A stretch of 32,000 nucleotides of DNA from Bacillus subtilis subsp. subtilis str. 168 (lineage in GTDB: Bacteria > Bacillota > Bacilli > Bacillales > Bacillaceae). This document shows positions 19,660 to 29,820 of the stretch, piece after piece (positions within the stretch are counted from its first letter, which is position 1; every line of letters begins with the position of its first letter). The notes under the pieces are model-generated. The model ran no database searches, was not told the DNA's origin, and was given only the letters and a program-made list of their open reading frames with translations. The stretch covers positions 1,110,001 through 1,142,000 of the forward strand of contig NC_000964.3 in NCBI RefSeq assembly GCF_000009045.1. Reading direction: 5' to 3'. The translations under genes were made by a program, and so were the position numbers.

Positions 19660-19690
19660 ATCCTAGTTTCTGAAATCGGTAACATGTCAA
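19660..19690 (-). promoter_or_regulatory. Putative ntdABC promoter with non-optimal spacing
   Basis: Minus strand TTGACA (19685-19690), 19-nt spacer, TAGGAT (19660-19665). Weak 14-bp LacI-like dyad TGAAATCGGTAACA (19671-19684) with CG centre in the spacer. Confidence 0.45.
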
Positions 19691-19714
19691 CAACTTTTTT
19701 AAGGAAGGGAAAAT

Positions 19715-20704
19715 ATGCCTACAATTGATGAAATAGCAAAATTATGCAATGTGTCTAAAACCACAGTGTCAAGAGTATTGAATAATCATCCTTATGTGTC
19801 GAAAGAAAAAAGAGATATGATCTTAAAGGCTATTAACGAACTTGACTACACTCCCAATTATTTAGCTCGGAATTTTAGGAGAAATAAGACACAAACGATA
19901 GCTTTATCGGTTCCGAGTATCGACCATCCATTTTTTGCTCAATTAATAAAAGGGGTCTCTCATGAAGTACTGTTTAAGAATTACAAGGTAATTGTATTTC
20001 AGACCTTTTATGACAAACAGACGGAGCTAGAATTACTAGAGTTATTGAAGCATAAAGAAGTGGATGGCATTATTCTTGGGACTTTAGAAAATGAATGGGA
20101 TCAGATATCCCCTTTCTTAAAGTATGGTCCTATCTTATTATGTAATGAATATCATCACTCAGCGGACATCACGATAATTGGGTATGATGAATTTGAAGCC
20201 GCATACATGGGGGTAGTACATTTAATTGAAAGAGGGCATAAAAAAATTGGGTTTTGTTTTGATACTCCATATAGCGAAGCTCAATGTCAGAGGAAAGAGG
20301 GTTATTTGAAAGCTTTACAAGATTACAATTTACATCATAGAAGCGAATGGATATTCGGCGAAATGTTTAATATCGAGGATGGCTTTCGTGTTTTTCATAA
20401 GATAAAGGATCTAAAGGACAGACCCTCAGCAATATTTACAGGAAATGATCAAGTCGCCGCAGGGATTATTAAACAGGCGATGAAAAATGGCTTTAAAGTT
20501 CCAGAAGACTTAGCTGTAATTGGTTTTGACAACCAATTGATTTGCCAAGTCGTTACTCCGACCATAACAACAATTGATATCCCCGTAATAGAATTAGGCC
20601 AACAGGCTGTGTTGAAAATCATCGAGTCCATTTCGGGTAATGCCTCTTTAAACAGAAGAATTATTAAACTGCCAACAAAGCTTATTATAAGAGAATCAAC
20701 GTAA
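19715..20704 (+). CDS. ntdR: LacI-family transcriptional regulator of the ntd operon
   Basis: 329 aa; PTIDEIAKLCNVSKTTVSRVLNNHPYVSKEKR LacI HTH plus periplasmic-binding-like domain; divergent to ntdABC. Confidence 0.93.
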   Translation: MPTIDEIAKLCNVSKTTVSRVLNNHPYVSKEKRDMILKAINELDYTPNYLARNFRRNKTQTIALSVPSIDHPFFAQLIKGVSHEVLFKNYKVIVFQTFYDKQTELELLELLKHKEVDGIILGTLENEWDQISPFLKYGPILLCNEYHHSADITIIGYDEFEAAYMGVVHLIERGHKKIGFCFDTPYSEAQCQRKEGYLKALQDYNLHHRSEWIFGEMFNIEDGFRVFHKIKDLKDRPSAIFTGNDQVAAGIIKQAMKNGFKVPEDLAVIGFDNQLICQVVTPTITTIDIPVIELGQQAVLKIIESISGNASLNRRIIKLPTKLIIREST

Positions 20705-20743
20705 CGATAGATTTCCCTTTAACATTTTATATCTTTATATAAG

Positions 20744-20774
20744 AAAAAGAGGTTATTCATTTTAACCTCTTTTT
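20744..20774 (+). terminator. Terminator of ntdR
   Basis: AAAAAGAGGTTA-TTCATTT-TAACCTCTTTTT, perfect 12-bp stem. Confidence 0.88.
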
Positions 20775-20917
20775 CAATCGTAAGTCGTCAATTATTTCTT
20801 TCATTTCACCCTCTGGCAGCACTCACTTCAAATCTGATCCATTAACAACGAAATATCCGCTTATATTTCCTCATCTCGATGGTTTGCGAATTAAAAGTTC
20901 TTGAACCCTTTTTTCAA

Positions 20918-22072
20918 CTAGGCACTACTGCCGCTGATTGAGCTCTTTTTGTCTTTTTTTTCACCATGAAGATGGTGAAGCAGGCGATAAAACGGCGGCA
21001 GCAGGGCAATAACCAGAATGACGCGAATGACCTGAACCGCAACGACAAAGGTGGAATCAGCATGTAAGGTAACTGACGTCGTCGCCATCTCTGCAATCCC
21101 GCCGGGCGCAAATGCCAGAACAGAAGTGATGAGCGAAATTCCTGTCAGCTCGGAAACGATCACGGCGCTCAAAAACATTGCTGCGATTAAACCGACGGAC
21201 GAGACAAACCCGACGATGATAATACGGGTGACGCCGGCAAACATGCTTTTGTACATCTTAGAGCCGATCGTTGCCCCGAGAAATACTTGTGATACATGGT
21301 TAGCTTGTGACAACCACCATGCCGTCATGTCGTGCCCTGTCACCGCAGCTCCGCCAACATGTACAATTGCTACACCGAGCATGCTGCCGAGCAGCCATGG
21401 AGCTGGAAATTTTAAAAATTTCGCAGCTTTGCAAGCTCCCCAGGCAGCGAGAATAAGAATGACGGTCCACAAAACGGGAGCGAGCCTAAAATCTGTCGTT
21501 GCAGAAGAAATCGTCTCTGCTGCGGCACTTGCGGTACGATCTTGTTTTGTATAGATCAGAATGACTAAAAACGGAATGGAAAGCACCACGAGCAGCACAC
21601 GCATCATTTGAACGAGGCTGACTATAGCGGTATTGGCGCCTACTTCCTGTGCGATGCTCGGCATGGCGGAAAGTCCGCCGGGAGCGGTGCCGACAAAGCT
21701 AGTCATCATATCCGTTTTGCTGAAACGCCAAAGCACATATCCTGACAGCATGGCCAGCAGGATAGACAATATCAGCATAACGCCGACTGAAAACCAATGG
21801 TCTTTGAGAACAGAGAGAACGGATAAATTCAGCTTTTGGCCCAATTCGATGCCGAGGATCATCTGCCCGAGGGCGAGCCATCGTCGGTTAATTCCTTTTT
21901 GGTCTGGTGCCATCATCAGCCATGCCGGCCGTATCATGGCGAGGCAGCAGGCGACAATCAGTGTTCCGATCATCCATCCAATTGATATTCCGGTTAATGA
22001 AAGAATAAACCCCCCGGCTGCACTGATTGCGATAAACCATAGATCTTTGAGGAGATTTTCGTCTTTCTTCAA
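20918..22072 (-). CDS. yhjN: AbrB-family (COG3180-like) integral membrane protein, putative transporter
   Basis: 384 aa; duplicated hydrophobic domain with GLSAMPSIAQEVGAN and GGIAEMATTSVTLHADSTFVVAVQVIRVI signatures. Confidence 0.9.
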   Translation of the reverse strand: MKKDENLLKDLWFIAISAAGGFILSLTGISIGWMIGTLIVACCLAMIRPAWLMMAPDQKGINRRWLALGQMILGIELGQKLNLSVLSVLKDHWFSVGVMLILSILLAMLSGYVLWRFSKTDMMTSFVGTAPGGLSAMPSIAQEVGANTAIVSLVQMMRVLLVVLSIPFLVILIYTKQDRTASAAAETISSATTDFRLAPVLWTVILILAAWGACKAAKFLKFPAPWLLGSMLGVAIVHVGGAAVTGHDMTAWWLSQANHVSQVFLGATIGSKMYKSMFAGVTRIIIVGFVSSVGLIAAMFLSAVIVSELTGISLITSVLAFAPGGIAEMATTSVTLHADSTFVVAVQVIRVILVIALLPPFYRLLHHLHGEKKDKKSSISGSSA

Positions 22073-22178
22073 TGTAAAACCCTTCTTCCTTTTTCACGTA
22101 ACACTCCAATTGTTCACGTAGTGAATGTATTTATTACTATAGTATATTTTTGTTGATAAAGAAATTATGAATTATTTT

Positions 22179-23384
22179 CTATAAGCGATTCACTTTTCTT
22201 ATGACCTTGTGTTCGAGCTTTTCTATTGTGTAAGTCAGAGATAAACCCGCTGTCAGCAGACACACGGCAAGAGCGTAAAAAATCACTTCTCCGCCAAATG
22301 ATGTCAGGATCAGCCCGCCTGCCAGCGGTCCGATTGAGCGGGATATATCCCAATGCAGACCATAGACAGCATAAAACCGGCCCAGCAAATGAGGCGGCGC
22401 CAATTTCGATATGAAGGTCTGGATGTGGGTTAGCCCGATGCTTTCACCAACCGTCATCACCGCTGCCGTCACTAAAAGCATTGTCAGAGAGGTTGAGCAT
22501 GCAAAGCCGGCTGCCGCAAGGGAGTAGCAAATATAAGTAATGAAGAGGATCGTTTTCATTGAAAGCTTTTCGGTCCCTTTGACAAGAGGTACTTGGAGAA
22601 CACAGCTGAATAAAGCTTTTGCTGCTGAATAGATGGTCAGCATGGACAGATAATCAGAAAACATGTTTTTGCTGAACAGCCTGTATGTTGTTTCTGTTTG
22701 TGCATATAACATGCTGATGGGGAGAGAAAGCAGCAAAAGAAGCAGGACAGGCCTGTATATTGTAAAGCTCGCGGACATTTTCGGGGTAACAGCTGGGTGT
22801 AGCGGCTTTGTCTCAGGCAGTTTCAGTGCAGCGATCAGAAAGTAGATAAACAATGCTGCAGCATCTAATGCGAATATCCACACGGGGTTATGATTGTACA
22901 GCAGCATCCCCACTAGCGGTCCTGCCGTCAGACCCGTCGAATAGATCGCATTGATGACCGCAAACACTTCCGAACGTCTGCTTTCCGGCGTGCTTTCAGC
23001 GATTTGGGCGCGGGAAGCGGGAATGTACAACGATCTTCCGATGCCATTCATGACATAGAGAATAGCGAAAACATACGCATGCTCAGCAAATACAAACCCT
23101 GTCATTGCCGCTGATTGAAGAAGCAATGCGGTCAAAATCGCTGTGCGCCGCCCAAGCCGATCCGTCACCCGTCCTGCAGCGAGCGTCAGGAAAATATCAG
23201 CAAATGGCTGAAGGCTGATGATCAGCATTGGCATCATGATACTGCCGTTTAATTGTTCATGCAGATACAGCACCATAAAAGGTCCCATCATTGCACCTGT
23301 CAGGCTTGTCAGCAATTCGCCGAAAAAGCGGAGCCGAACGGGAGCGGTATATCTCGATTTTATAGAGTGAAAACTGGTCAACAT
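22179..23384 (-). CDS. yhjO: MFS transporter
   Basis: 12-TM MFS protein, 401 aa from MLTSFHSIKSRYTAPV with GGCGG SD; ORF-track start over-extended by 20 codons. Confidence 0.9.
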   Translation of the reverse strand: MLTSFHSIKSRYTAPVRLRFFGELLTSLTGAMMGPFMVLYLHEQLNGSIMMPMLIISLQPFADIFLTLAAGRVTDRLGRRTAILTALLLQSAAMTGFVFAEHAYVFAILYVMNGIGRSLYIPASRAQIAESTPESRRSEVFAVINAIYSTGLTAGPLVGMLLYNHNPVWIFALDAAALFIYFLIAALKLPETKPLHPAVTPKMSASFTIYRPVLLLLLLSLPISMLYAQTETTYRLFSKNMFSDYLSMLTIYSAAKALFSCVLQVPLVKGTEKLSMKTILFITYICYSLAAAGFACSTSLTMLLVTAAVMTVGESIGLTHIQTFISKLAPPHLLGRFYAVYGLHWDISRSIGPLAGGLILTSFGGEVIFYALAVCLLTAGLSLTYTIEKLEHKVIRKVNRL

Positions 23385-23497
23385 GTGATCGCCGCCTTTC
23401 GCTGTTTGATATAGTAGTAGTGTATAGAAGGGGCGGCGGCCCAAAAAGTGAAGAAAAGAAGAGATAAAAGTTCCCCTTTTGTCGGGAGGTGCGGGGA

Positions 23498-25225
23498 TTG
23501 AAGCTGATAGAGCACTACGTGGCGCTTGTAAAAACAGGCTGCGCCGAGTATGGGCAAATGAACGAAATGACGCTCACTGAGATTGCCGACTGTTTATTTT
23601 GTACAGAAAGAAATGCAAAGCTCATTTTACATAAGCTGGAGAACAGCAATTGGATTATCCGGGAAAGCGGGGCGGGGCGCGGCCGCAAATCTAAAATCGC
23701 GTTTCTTCGGAGGCCTGAGGAACTGCTTCTTCAAACTGCAAAGGAATATACCATGTCAGGAAAGCTTAAAAAGGCAAAGGAGCTGCTTCAGCAGTATCAG
23801 TCCGCGTTTCCAGGGCTTCAAAACGAATATAACATGTGGCTATCAGAGGTATTCGGATTTGTGACGGAGACAGGCGAGAATGGGGCGAAGGATGTCCTGC
23901 GGCTGTTCATCACGCCTGAATCTGTCAGCAGTTTGGATCCATGCCAAATATTTTTGCGGTCTGAGGGCCATTTCGTCAAACAGATATTTGATACACTCTT
24001 CACGTTTGATTCGGATATGCAGGAGCCGAAGCCTCATTTGGTTCATGGATGGGAAGAGGTCGGAAAAAAACAATGGAGATTTTTTCTTCGAAAAGGTGTG
24101 TTATTTCATAATGGACAGCCGCTGACATCGCGGGACGTTGCGTTTACATTTCAGCGCTTTTTGGAACTGGCTGACAACCCGTATAAATGGCTTCTGCACG
24201 GAGTGAAACAAGTCTTAGAAAAGGGCCCTTATTGTGTGGAGCTCATACTCGATAAGCCGAATGCGCTTTTGCCGTATGCTCTTTGTGATGAACGGCTGTC
24301 CATACTGCCGGCAGAACAGGGCGGCGGGAAAAATGGAACAGGGCCTTTTCAGATGAATCAGCAACATAGCGGGATGCTTGTGCTTGAAGCCAATGAGCGC
24401 TACTTCAAGGGACGCCCCTATTTGGATCGCGTTGAGTTTGTGTTTTCTGAGCAAGCCGGAGAGATGAACGGTTTTACCATTCAAGAAAAACAAACATGTC
24501 CTGAGCAGCAAACTGTCTTTGATGAGCGGCATGTTCAGTATTTGTCGCTTAATCTGAAAAAGAAGGGGCCTCTTCAGCACCGAAGCTTTAGAAAAGCGCT
24601 CCGGCTGCTGATTTCCTCTGAACGGCTCGTTCGTGAAGCGGGAGGGCACCGAAGAATTCCGGTTACGTCCTTTTTGCATCCGAGTCCTTTTGAGTGGGAG
24701 GGCGTTTCGCCATCTGAATTGTTGAAAAAAAGCGGATACGAGGGCGAAACAATCGTGCTTTATACCTTTTCGGAAACGGATCATCGTGAGGACGCCGAAT
24801 GGATTCAAAATATTTGCGCCCAGCACGGTATCAGGCTTACACTTCAATTCTGTGATGCTGCTGATCTGCGACGGCCGGAAATCGTGCAGATGGCGGATAT
24901 CATTCATGACAGTGCGACGTTTTATCAAGACAGCGAGTTTGGTTTTCTGCATTTGCTGCTGTCGGAGAACAGTTTCTTGTATCAGCATCTATCTGAAAAG
25001 CTGACACAGATTTGCTCAGGAATGACAGAGCGGATGTTTTCCATGCCTGACCGCTGTTCGAGAATCAACATCCTGCGTGACATTGACCGGCAGATGATAC
25101 AGGAGCTGAACGCGATCCCGCTGTATCAAAATGTGCTCCAGGTGACATCAAGTAAAAATGTAAAAGGCCTGGTGCTTGATGAAGAGGGATGGATTGATTT
25201 GTACTCCGTATGGCTGTCCAAATAA
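23498..25225 (+). CDS. yhjP: SgrR-like transcriptional regulator: N-terminal HTH fused to C-terminal family-5 solute-binding-protein domain
   Basis: MTLTEIADCLFCTERNAKLILHKLENSNWIIRESGAGRGRKSKIAF followed by KQWRFFLRKGVLFHNGQPLTSRDVAFTFQRF. Likely TTG start (LKLIEHY) 8 nt from GGGAGG. Confidence 0.88.
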   Translation: MKLIEHYVALVKTGCAEYGQMNEMTLTEIADCLFCTERNAKLILHKLENSNWIIRESGAGRGRKSKIAFLRRPEELLLQTAKEYTMSGKLKKAKELLQQYQSAFPGLQNEYNMWLSEVFGFVTETGENGAKDVLRLFITPESVSSLDPCQIFLRSEGHFVKQIFDTLFTFDSDMQEPKPHLVHGWEEVGKKQWRFFLRKGVLFHNGQPLTSRDVAFTFQRFLELADNPYKWLLHGVKQVLEKGPYCVELILDKPNALLPYALCDERLSILPAEQGGGKNGTGPFQMNQQHSGMLVLEANERYFKGRPYLDRVEFVFSEQAGEMNGFTIQEKQTCPEQQTVFDERHVQYLSLNLKKKGPLQHRSFRKALRLLISSERLVREAGGHRRIPVTSFLHPSPFEWEGVSPSELLKKSGYEGETIVLYTFSETDHREDAEWIQNICAQHGIRLTLQFCDAADLRRPEIVQMADIIHDSATFYQDSEFGFLHLLLSENSFLYQHLSEKLTQICSGMTERMFSMPDRCSRINILRDIDRQMIQELNAIPLYQNVLQVTSSKNVKGLVLDEEGWIDLYSVWLSK

Positions 25226-25255
25226 AAAGAGGGTTCTTTTTTGAACCCTCTTTTT
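25224..25255. terminator. Bidirectional terminator between yhjP and yhjQ
   Basis: AAAAAGAGGGTTC-TTTTTT-GAACCCTCTTTTT, perfect 13-bp stem. Confidence 0.9.
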
Positions 25256-25581
25256 TACGCTGCCATGCTGCGGCATTGTTCAGCACAGGTGAAGCAGGCT
25301 TTCGCACATGCTTGGCAATGATCATGATCGTGCTTTCCGCATTCAGTGCCGCATGCTTCACAAATATCGGCGCAAAGTGCACAAATTTCTTTCATAAACG
25401 GGCTGTCCGTTTGCATGGCTTTGACCGCCAGCGCGCAAATATCCGCGCATTCCCTGTCAAGCCGGATGCATCCGCTGAGATGATGCTGCACGCTTTCTTC
25501 CAAGCATTTAGTGAAACAATGATTGCAAGCCTTCATGCAATCGATGCAAGCCTCAATACAAGCCTCAGAATATTGCTCCAT
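25255..25581 (-). CDS. yhjQ: Cys-rich four-helix-bundle copper-storage-like protein (Csp3 type)
   Basis: 108 aa with about 19 Cys in CxxC/CxxxC spacing (EACIEACIDCMKACNHCFTKC...) and no signal peptide. Confidence 0.9.
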   Translation of the reverse strand: MEQYSEACIEACIDCMKACNHCFTKCLEESVQHHLSGCIRLDRECADICALAVKAMQTDSPFMKEICALCADICEACGTECGKHDHDHCQACAKACFTCAEQCRSMAA

Positions 25582-25698
25582 GGTTGATTCCCCCTGTATG
25601 ACAGTATATGGTTTTATGTTTCACGGCTGCATTTGAAAAAAACAGGGGAGTGTGTTTTTAGCTAAGGGGATATGTACATATACCCTGAATGGGTATAT

Positions 25699-26136
25699 CT
25701 AACGTTCCATCAGATAGTATAGGAACCAGACAGCGTGATTTTGTTCATCACGTGCTGCGCGCGTAAAGACGCCTTTCGCTTTTAAGTTTGACGTTTCCTC
25801 GGCCGCACGCAAGTAAAAGTCGACGGTTTCTTGTTCATCTTTAAAAGCGGCGTCCAGTCCTCTTGTGAAATTGTCCGGGCATTCTTCCGTTTGTTTCGGC
25901 ATGATGTGTTTGCCGGTAATTGAACCATACAGTGTGGAAAATTCACGGAGGTGGCGAATCTCGTCACGCCTGATTTCTTCAATCTGTTTTCTGACCTCAT
26001 CGCTGTGGGCGAGTTCGGCAAGCTTGCGGTAGCATTGAATAGCACTGAATTCTCCGTTGATGGCCTTCTGCAAATTCCGAATCAAAACAGGATCTTCCCG
26101 GTATGGCACCGGATAGGGATAGTAGCTGTAATGCAA
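25699..26136 (-). CDS. yhjR: Ferritin-like / rubrerythrin-like protein
   Basis: 145 aa; two E-x6-Y / EIRRDEIRHLREF and AARDEQNHAVWF helices typical of ferritin-like di-iron proteins. Confidence 0.88.
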   Translation of the reverse strand: MHYSYYPYPVPYREDPVLIRNLQKAINGEFSAIQCYRKLAELAHSDEVRKQIEEIRRDEIRHLREFSTLYGSITGKHIMPKQTEECPDNFTRGLDAAFKDEQETVDFYLRAAEETSNLKAKGVFTRAARDEQNHAVWFLYYLMER

Positions 26137-26231
26137 GGGGATTCAACTCCATTCTTAGGAATTGGGCTTCTGTAAAAGTATATGTTGGGCAGGGAGAGAT
26201 GTGCGGAGATAATCAGCTTTTTATATGTGAA

Positions 26232-26244
26232 AAGGCCGTTTTTA
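26232..26244. promoter_or_regulatory. Candidate ComK K-box upstream of addB
   Basis: Perfect AAAA-GGCCG-TTTT, 76 bp upstream of the addB start. Confidence 0.5.
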
Positions 26245-26319
26245 CCAATAGATCAGATTGGTCATTTTCGTCAACATTCGATAAAATATAGAGAGATAAA
26301 AAGAGAGGGGTCTTCTAAT

Positions 26320-29300
26320 TTGGGAGCAGAGTTTTTAGTAGGCAGGTCCGGGAGTGGAAAAACGAAGCTGATCATCAACAGCATTCAGGATGAATTGCGC
26401 CGGGCTCCATTCGGGAAGCCGATCATTTTTCTAGTCCCGGATCAAATGACGTTTTTAATGGAATACGAGCTTGCTAAAACGCCAGATATGGGCGGGATGA
26501 TACGCGCTCAAGTGTTCAGTTTTTCACGATTGGCCTGGCGCGTCCTCCAGCATACGGGAGGAATGAGCAGGCCGTTTCTGACGAGCACCGGCGTACAAAT
26601 GCTCCTGCGGAAGCTCATTGAGGAGCATAAACAGGAGTTCAAAGTCTATCAAAAAGCGAGTGACAAAAGCGGGTTTACCGCACAGGTTGAGCGGATGCTG
26701 ACAGAGTTTAAGCGCTATTGTCTGGAACCGGAGGATATCCGCCGGATGGCGGAAAGCGGAACGGCTTCCGAGTATCGCGGAGAACGTGTTTTATCTGAAA
26801 AGCTCCATGACTTATCAATTCTGTATCAGCAAATGGAAAAAAGCCTCGCAGATCAATATCTTCACTCTGAGGATTATTTGACATTGCTGGCAGAGCATAT
26901 CCCGCTTGCGGAAGATATAAAAGGCGCCCATATCTATGTGGATGGCTTTTATCAGTTTACCCCGCAGGAATTCAGGGTGTTGGAGCAGCTTATGGTTCAT
27001 GCGGAGCATATCACGTTTTCGCTCACAGCGGACAAGCCGTCATATGAGCGGGAGCCGCATGAACTGGAATTGTTCAGAATGACGGGGAAAACCTATTACC
27101 GCCTGCATCAGAAGGCGAAGGAACTGAATTTGGACATTACGTATAAAGAGCTGAGCGGGACTGAGCGGCATACAAAGACGCCGGAATTGGCGCATCTAGA
27201 GGCACAGTATGAAGCGCGTCCGGCCATTCCATACGCAGAAAAACAAGAAGCCCTTACTGTGATGCAGGCCGCAAACAGACGAGCTGAGCTGGAAGGCATT
27301 GCTCGGGAAATTCACGCCCTAGTCAGAGAGAAGGGATATCGCTATAAGGATGTAGCAATTCTTGCGCGCCAGCCGGAAGACTACAAGGATATGGTGAAGG
27401 AAGTTTTCGCAGATTACGAGATTCCTTATTTCATTGACGGAAAAGCATCTATGCTGAACCATCCGTTAATTGAATTTATCCGGTCGAGCCTTGATGTTCT
27501 GAAAGGGAATTGGCGTTATGAAGCGGTGTTTCGCTGCGTGAAAACCGAACTGCTATTCCCGCTCAATGAACCGAAGGCCAAAGTGAGAGAACAGGTCGAT
27601 CAGCTCGAAAATTACTGTATCGCCTATGGTATTAAAGGCGACCGCTGGACAAAGGGCGATCGGTTCCAATACAGGCGTTTTGTGTCATTGGATGATGATT
27701 TTGCGCAGACTGATCAGGAAATCGAAATGGAAAACATGTTGAATGACACCCGCGATTGGATTGTTCCGCCGCTTTTTCAGCTTCAAAAACGCATGAAAAA
27801 AGCGAAGACGGTTCAAGAGAAGGCGGAGGCGCTCTATCGTTATTTAGAAGAGACGGATGTGCCGCTGAAGCTGGATCAGGAAAGGCAGCGTGCTGAGGAT
27901 GACGGCAGAATCATTGAAGCGCAGCAGCATCAGCAGGCGTGGGACGCAGTCATTCAGCTGCTTGAGGAGTTTGTTGAAATGATGGGAGATGATGAGATTT
28001 CTCTTGATTTGTTTCAGCAAATGATAGAAGCCGGCGCGGAGTCGCTTACATTTTCTCTAATTCCGCCTGCGCTTGACCAGGTGTTTGTCGGCAATATGGA
28101 TTTGTCCAGAATGTATGGCACCTCCTGCACCTTTGTGCTCGGGGCAAACGACGGCGTTCTGCCGGCACGCCCTGATGAAAACGGGGTCCTGTCGGATGAT
28201 GACCGGGAATGGCTGAAAACGATTGGGGTTGAGCTATCCTCAGGCGGACGAGAGCGTTTGCTTGATGAGCACTTCCTCATCTACATGGCGTTTTCAAGTC
28301 CGTCTGACCGGCTTTACGTATCGTATCCGATTGCTGATGCGGAAGGAAAAACGCTTTTGCCGTCGATGATCGTTAAGCGGCTGGAAGAACTGTTTCCGCA
28401 TCATAAGGAGCGCCTGTTAACAAATGAACCTGAACAGGTCAGCGATGAGGAACAGCTGATGTATGTTGTGAATAAAAGCGTGGCACAGTCCTTTACCGCG
28501 AGCCAGCTCAGGTTATGGACTCGGGAATACGACATCAGCGACGTCTGGTGGAGCACGTACAATGTGCTGATGAGTGAGCAGGACAGGCTGCAATCGAAAA
28601 AGCTGTTCTCAAGCCTGTTTTTCCGGAATGAAGTGAAGCAGCTTGAACGCAGCGTGTCGAGACAGCTCTATGGTGAACGTATTCAGGGCAGTGTATCGAG
28701 AATGGAAACCTTTAACGCATGCCCGTTTTCCCATTTTGCGTCACACGGGCTGCATTTGAAGGAACGGCAATTCTTCAAGCTTGAAGCACCGGATATCGGC
28801 CAGCTGTTTCATTCCAGCTTAAAGCTGATTTCGGACAGGCTGCGTGAGCAAAAGCTGGATTGGCGCGATTTAACGAAGGAGCAGTGCGAGCTGTTTTCCT
28901 ATGATGCGGTAGAGCGGCTGGCACCGAAACTGCAAAAGGAAATTCTGCTCAGCTCAAACCGGCATTATTATGTGAAGGAAAAACTGCAAAAAATTGTGAC
29001 ACGTGTGTCCGGCATTTTAAGCGAGCATGCGAAAGCGAGCGGATTCGTACCGATCGGGCTTGAACTGGGCTTTGGAGGAAAAGGGCCGCTTCCGCCGCTG
29101 ACCTTTCAACTGAAAAACGGCTGTACGATGGAACTCGTCGGGCGAATTGACCGTGTTGATAAGGCTGAAAGCTCAAAAGGCCTGCTCCTCAGGATTGTCG
29201 ATTATAAATCAAGCGACAAAGGCCTTGACTTAGCGGAAGTATATTACGGATTGGCACTGCAAATGCTGACGTACCTTGATTTATCGATTACACATTCAGC

Positions 29301-29820
29301 TGACTGGCTCGGGATGAGGGCGACGCCTGCCGGAGTGCTGTATTTCCATATTCATGACCCGATGATTCAATCTAATCTCCCGCTTGGGCTTGACGAGATT
29401 GAACAGGAGATCTTTAAGAAATTTAAAATGAAGGGCTTGCTCCTCGGTGATCAGGAAGTGGTTCGCCTCATGGATACAACCCTTCAAGAGGGACGTTCAA
29501 ATATCATAAACGCCGGCTTGAAAAAAGACGGCTCTCTCAGATCAGACTCAGCAGCAGTCGGTGAAAAGGAATTTGATCTTTTGACAAAGCATGTGCGCCG
29601 CACCTTCCAAGAAGCGGGCGAACAAATCACCGACGGGCGCGTATCCATTGAGCCGTACAAAATGAAGAACAAGACGCCGTGCACATACTGTGCGTTCAAA
29701 TCAGTATGCCAATTTGATGAATCACTGGAAGAAAACGAGTATCGCCCATTAAAGGCTGAAAAGGACAAGACAATACTTGAGTGGATAAAAAAGGAGGCGG
29801 ATGGCAATGAACATTCCTAA
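26320..29820 (+). CDS. addB: ATP-dependent helicase/deoxyribonuclease subunit B
   Basis: [26 protein letters not shown] (Walker A); C-terminal nuclease motif [11 protein letters not shown] and Fe-S cysteines [16 protein letters not shown] start with GAGGGG SD gives 1166 aa. Confidence 0.97.

Noticed and set aside
15050-20780. Possible mobile element or prophage remnant around the ntd cluster
   Set aside because: No integrase, transposase, att-like direct repeats or tRNA boundary seen; only base composition supports acquisition.
24215-24988. 257 aa minus-strand ORF antisense to yhjP
   Set aside because: Fully inside yhjP, whose translation has clear HTH and solute-binding homology; antisense artefact.
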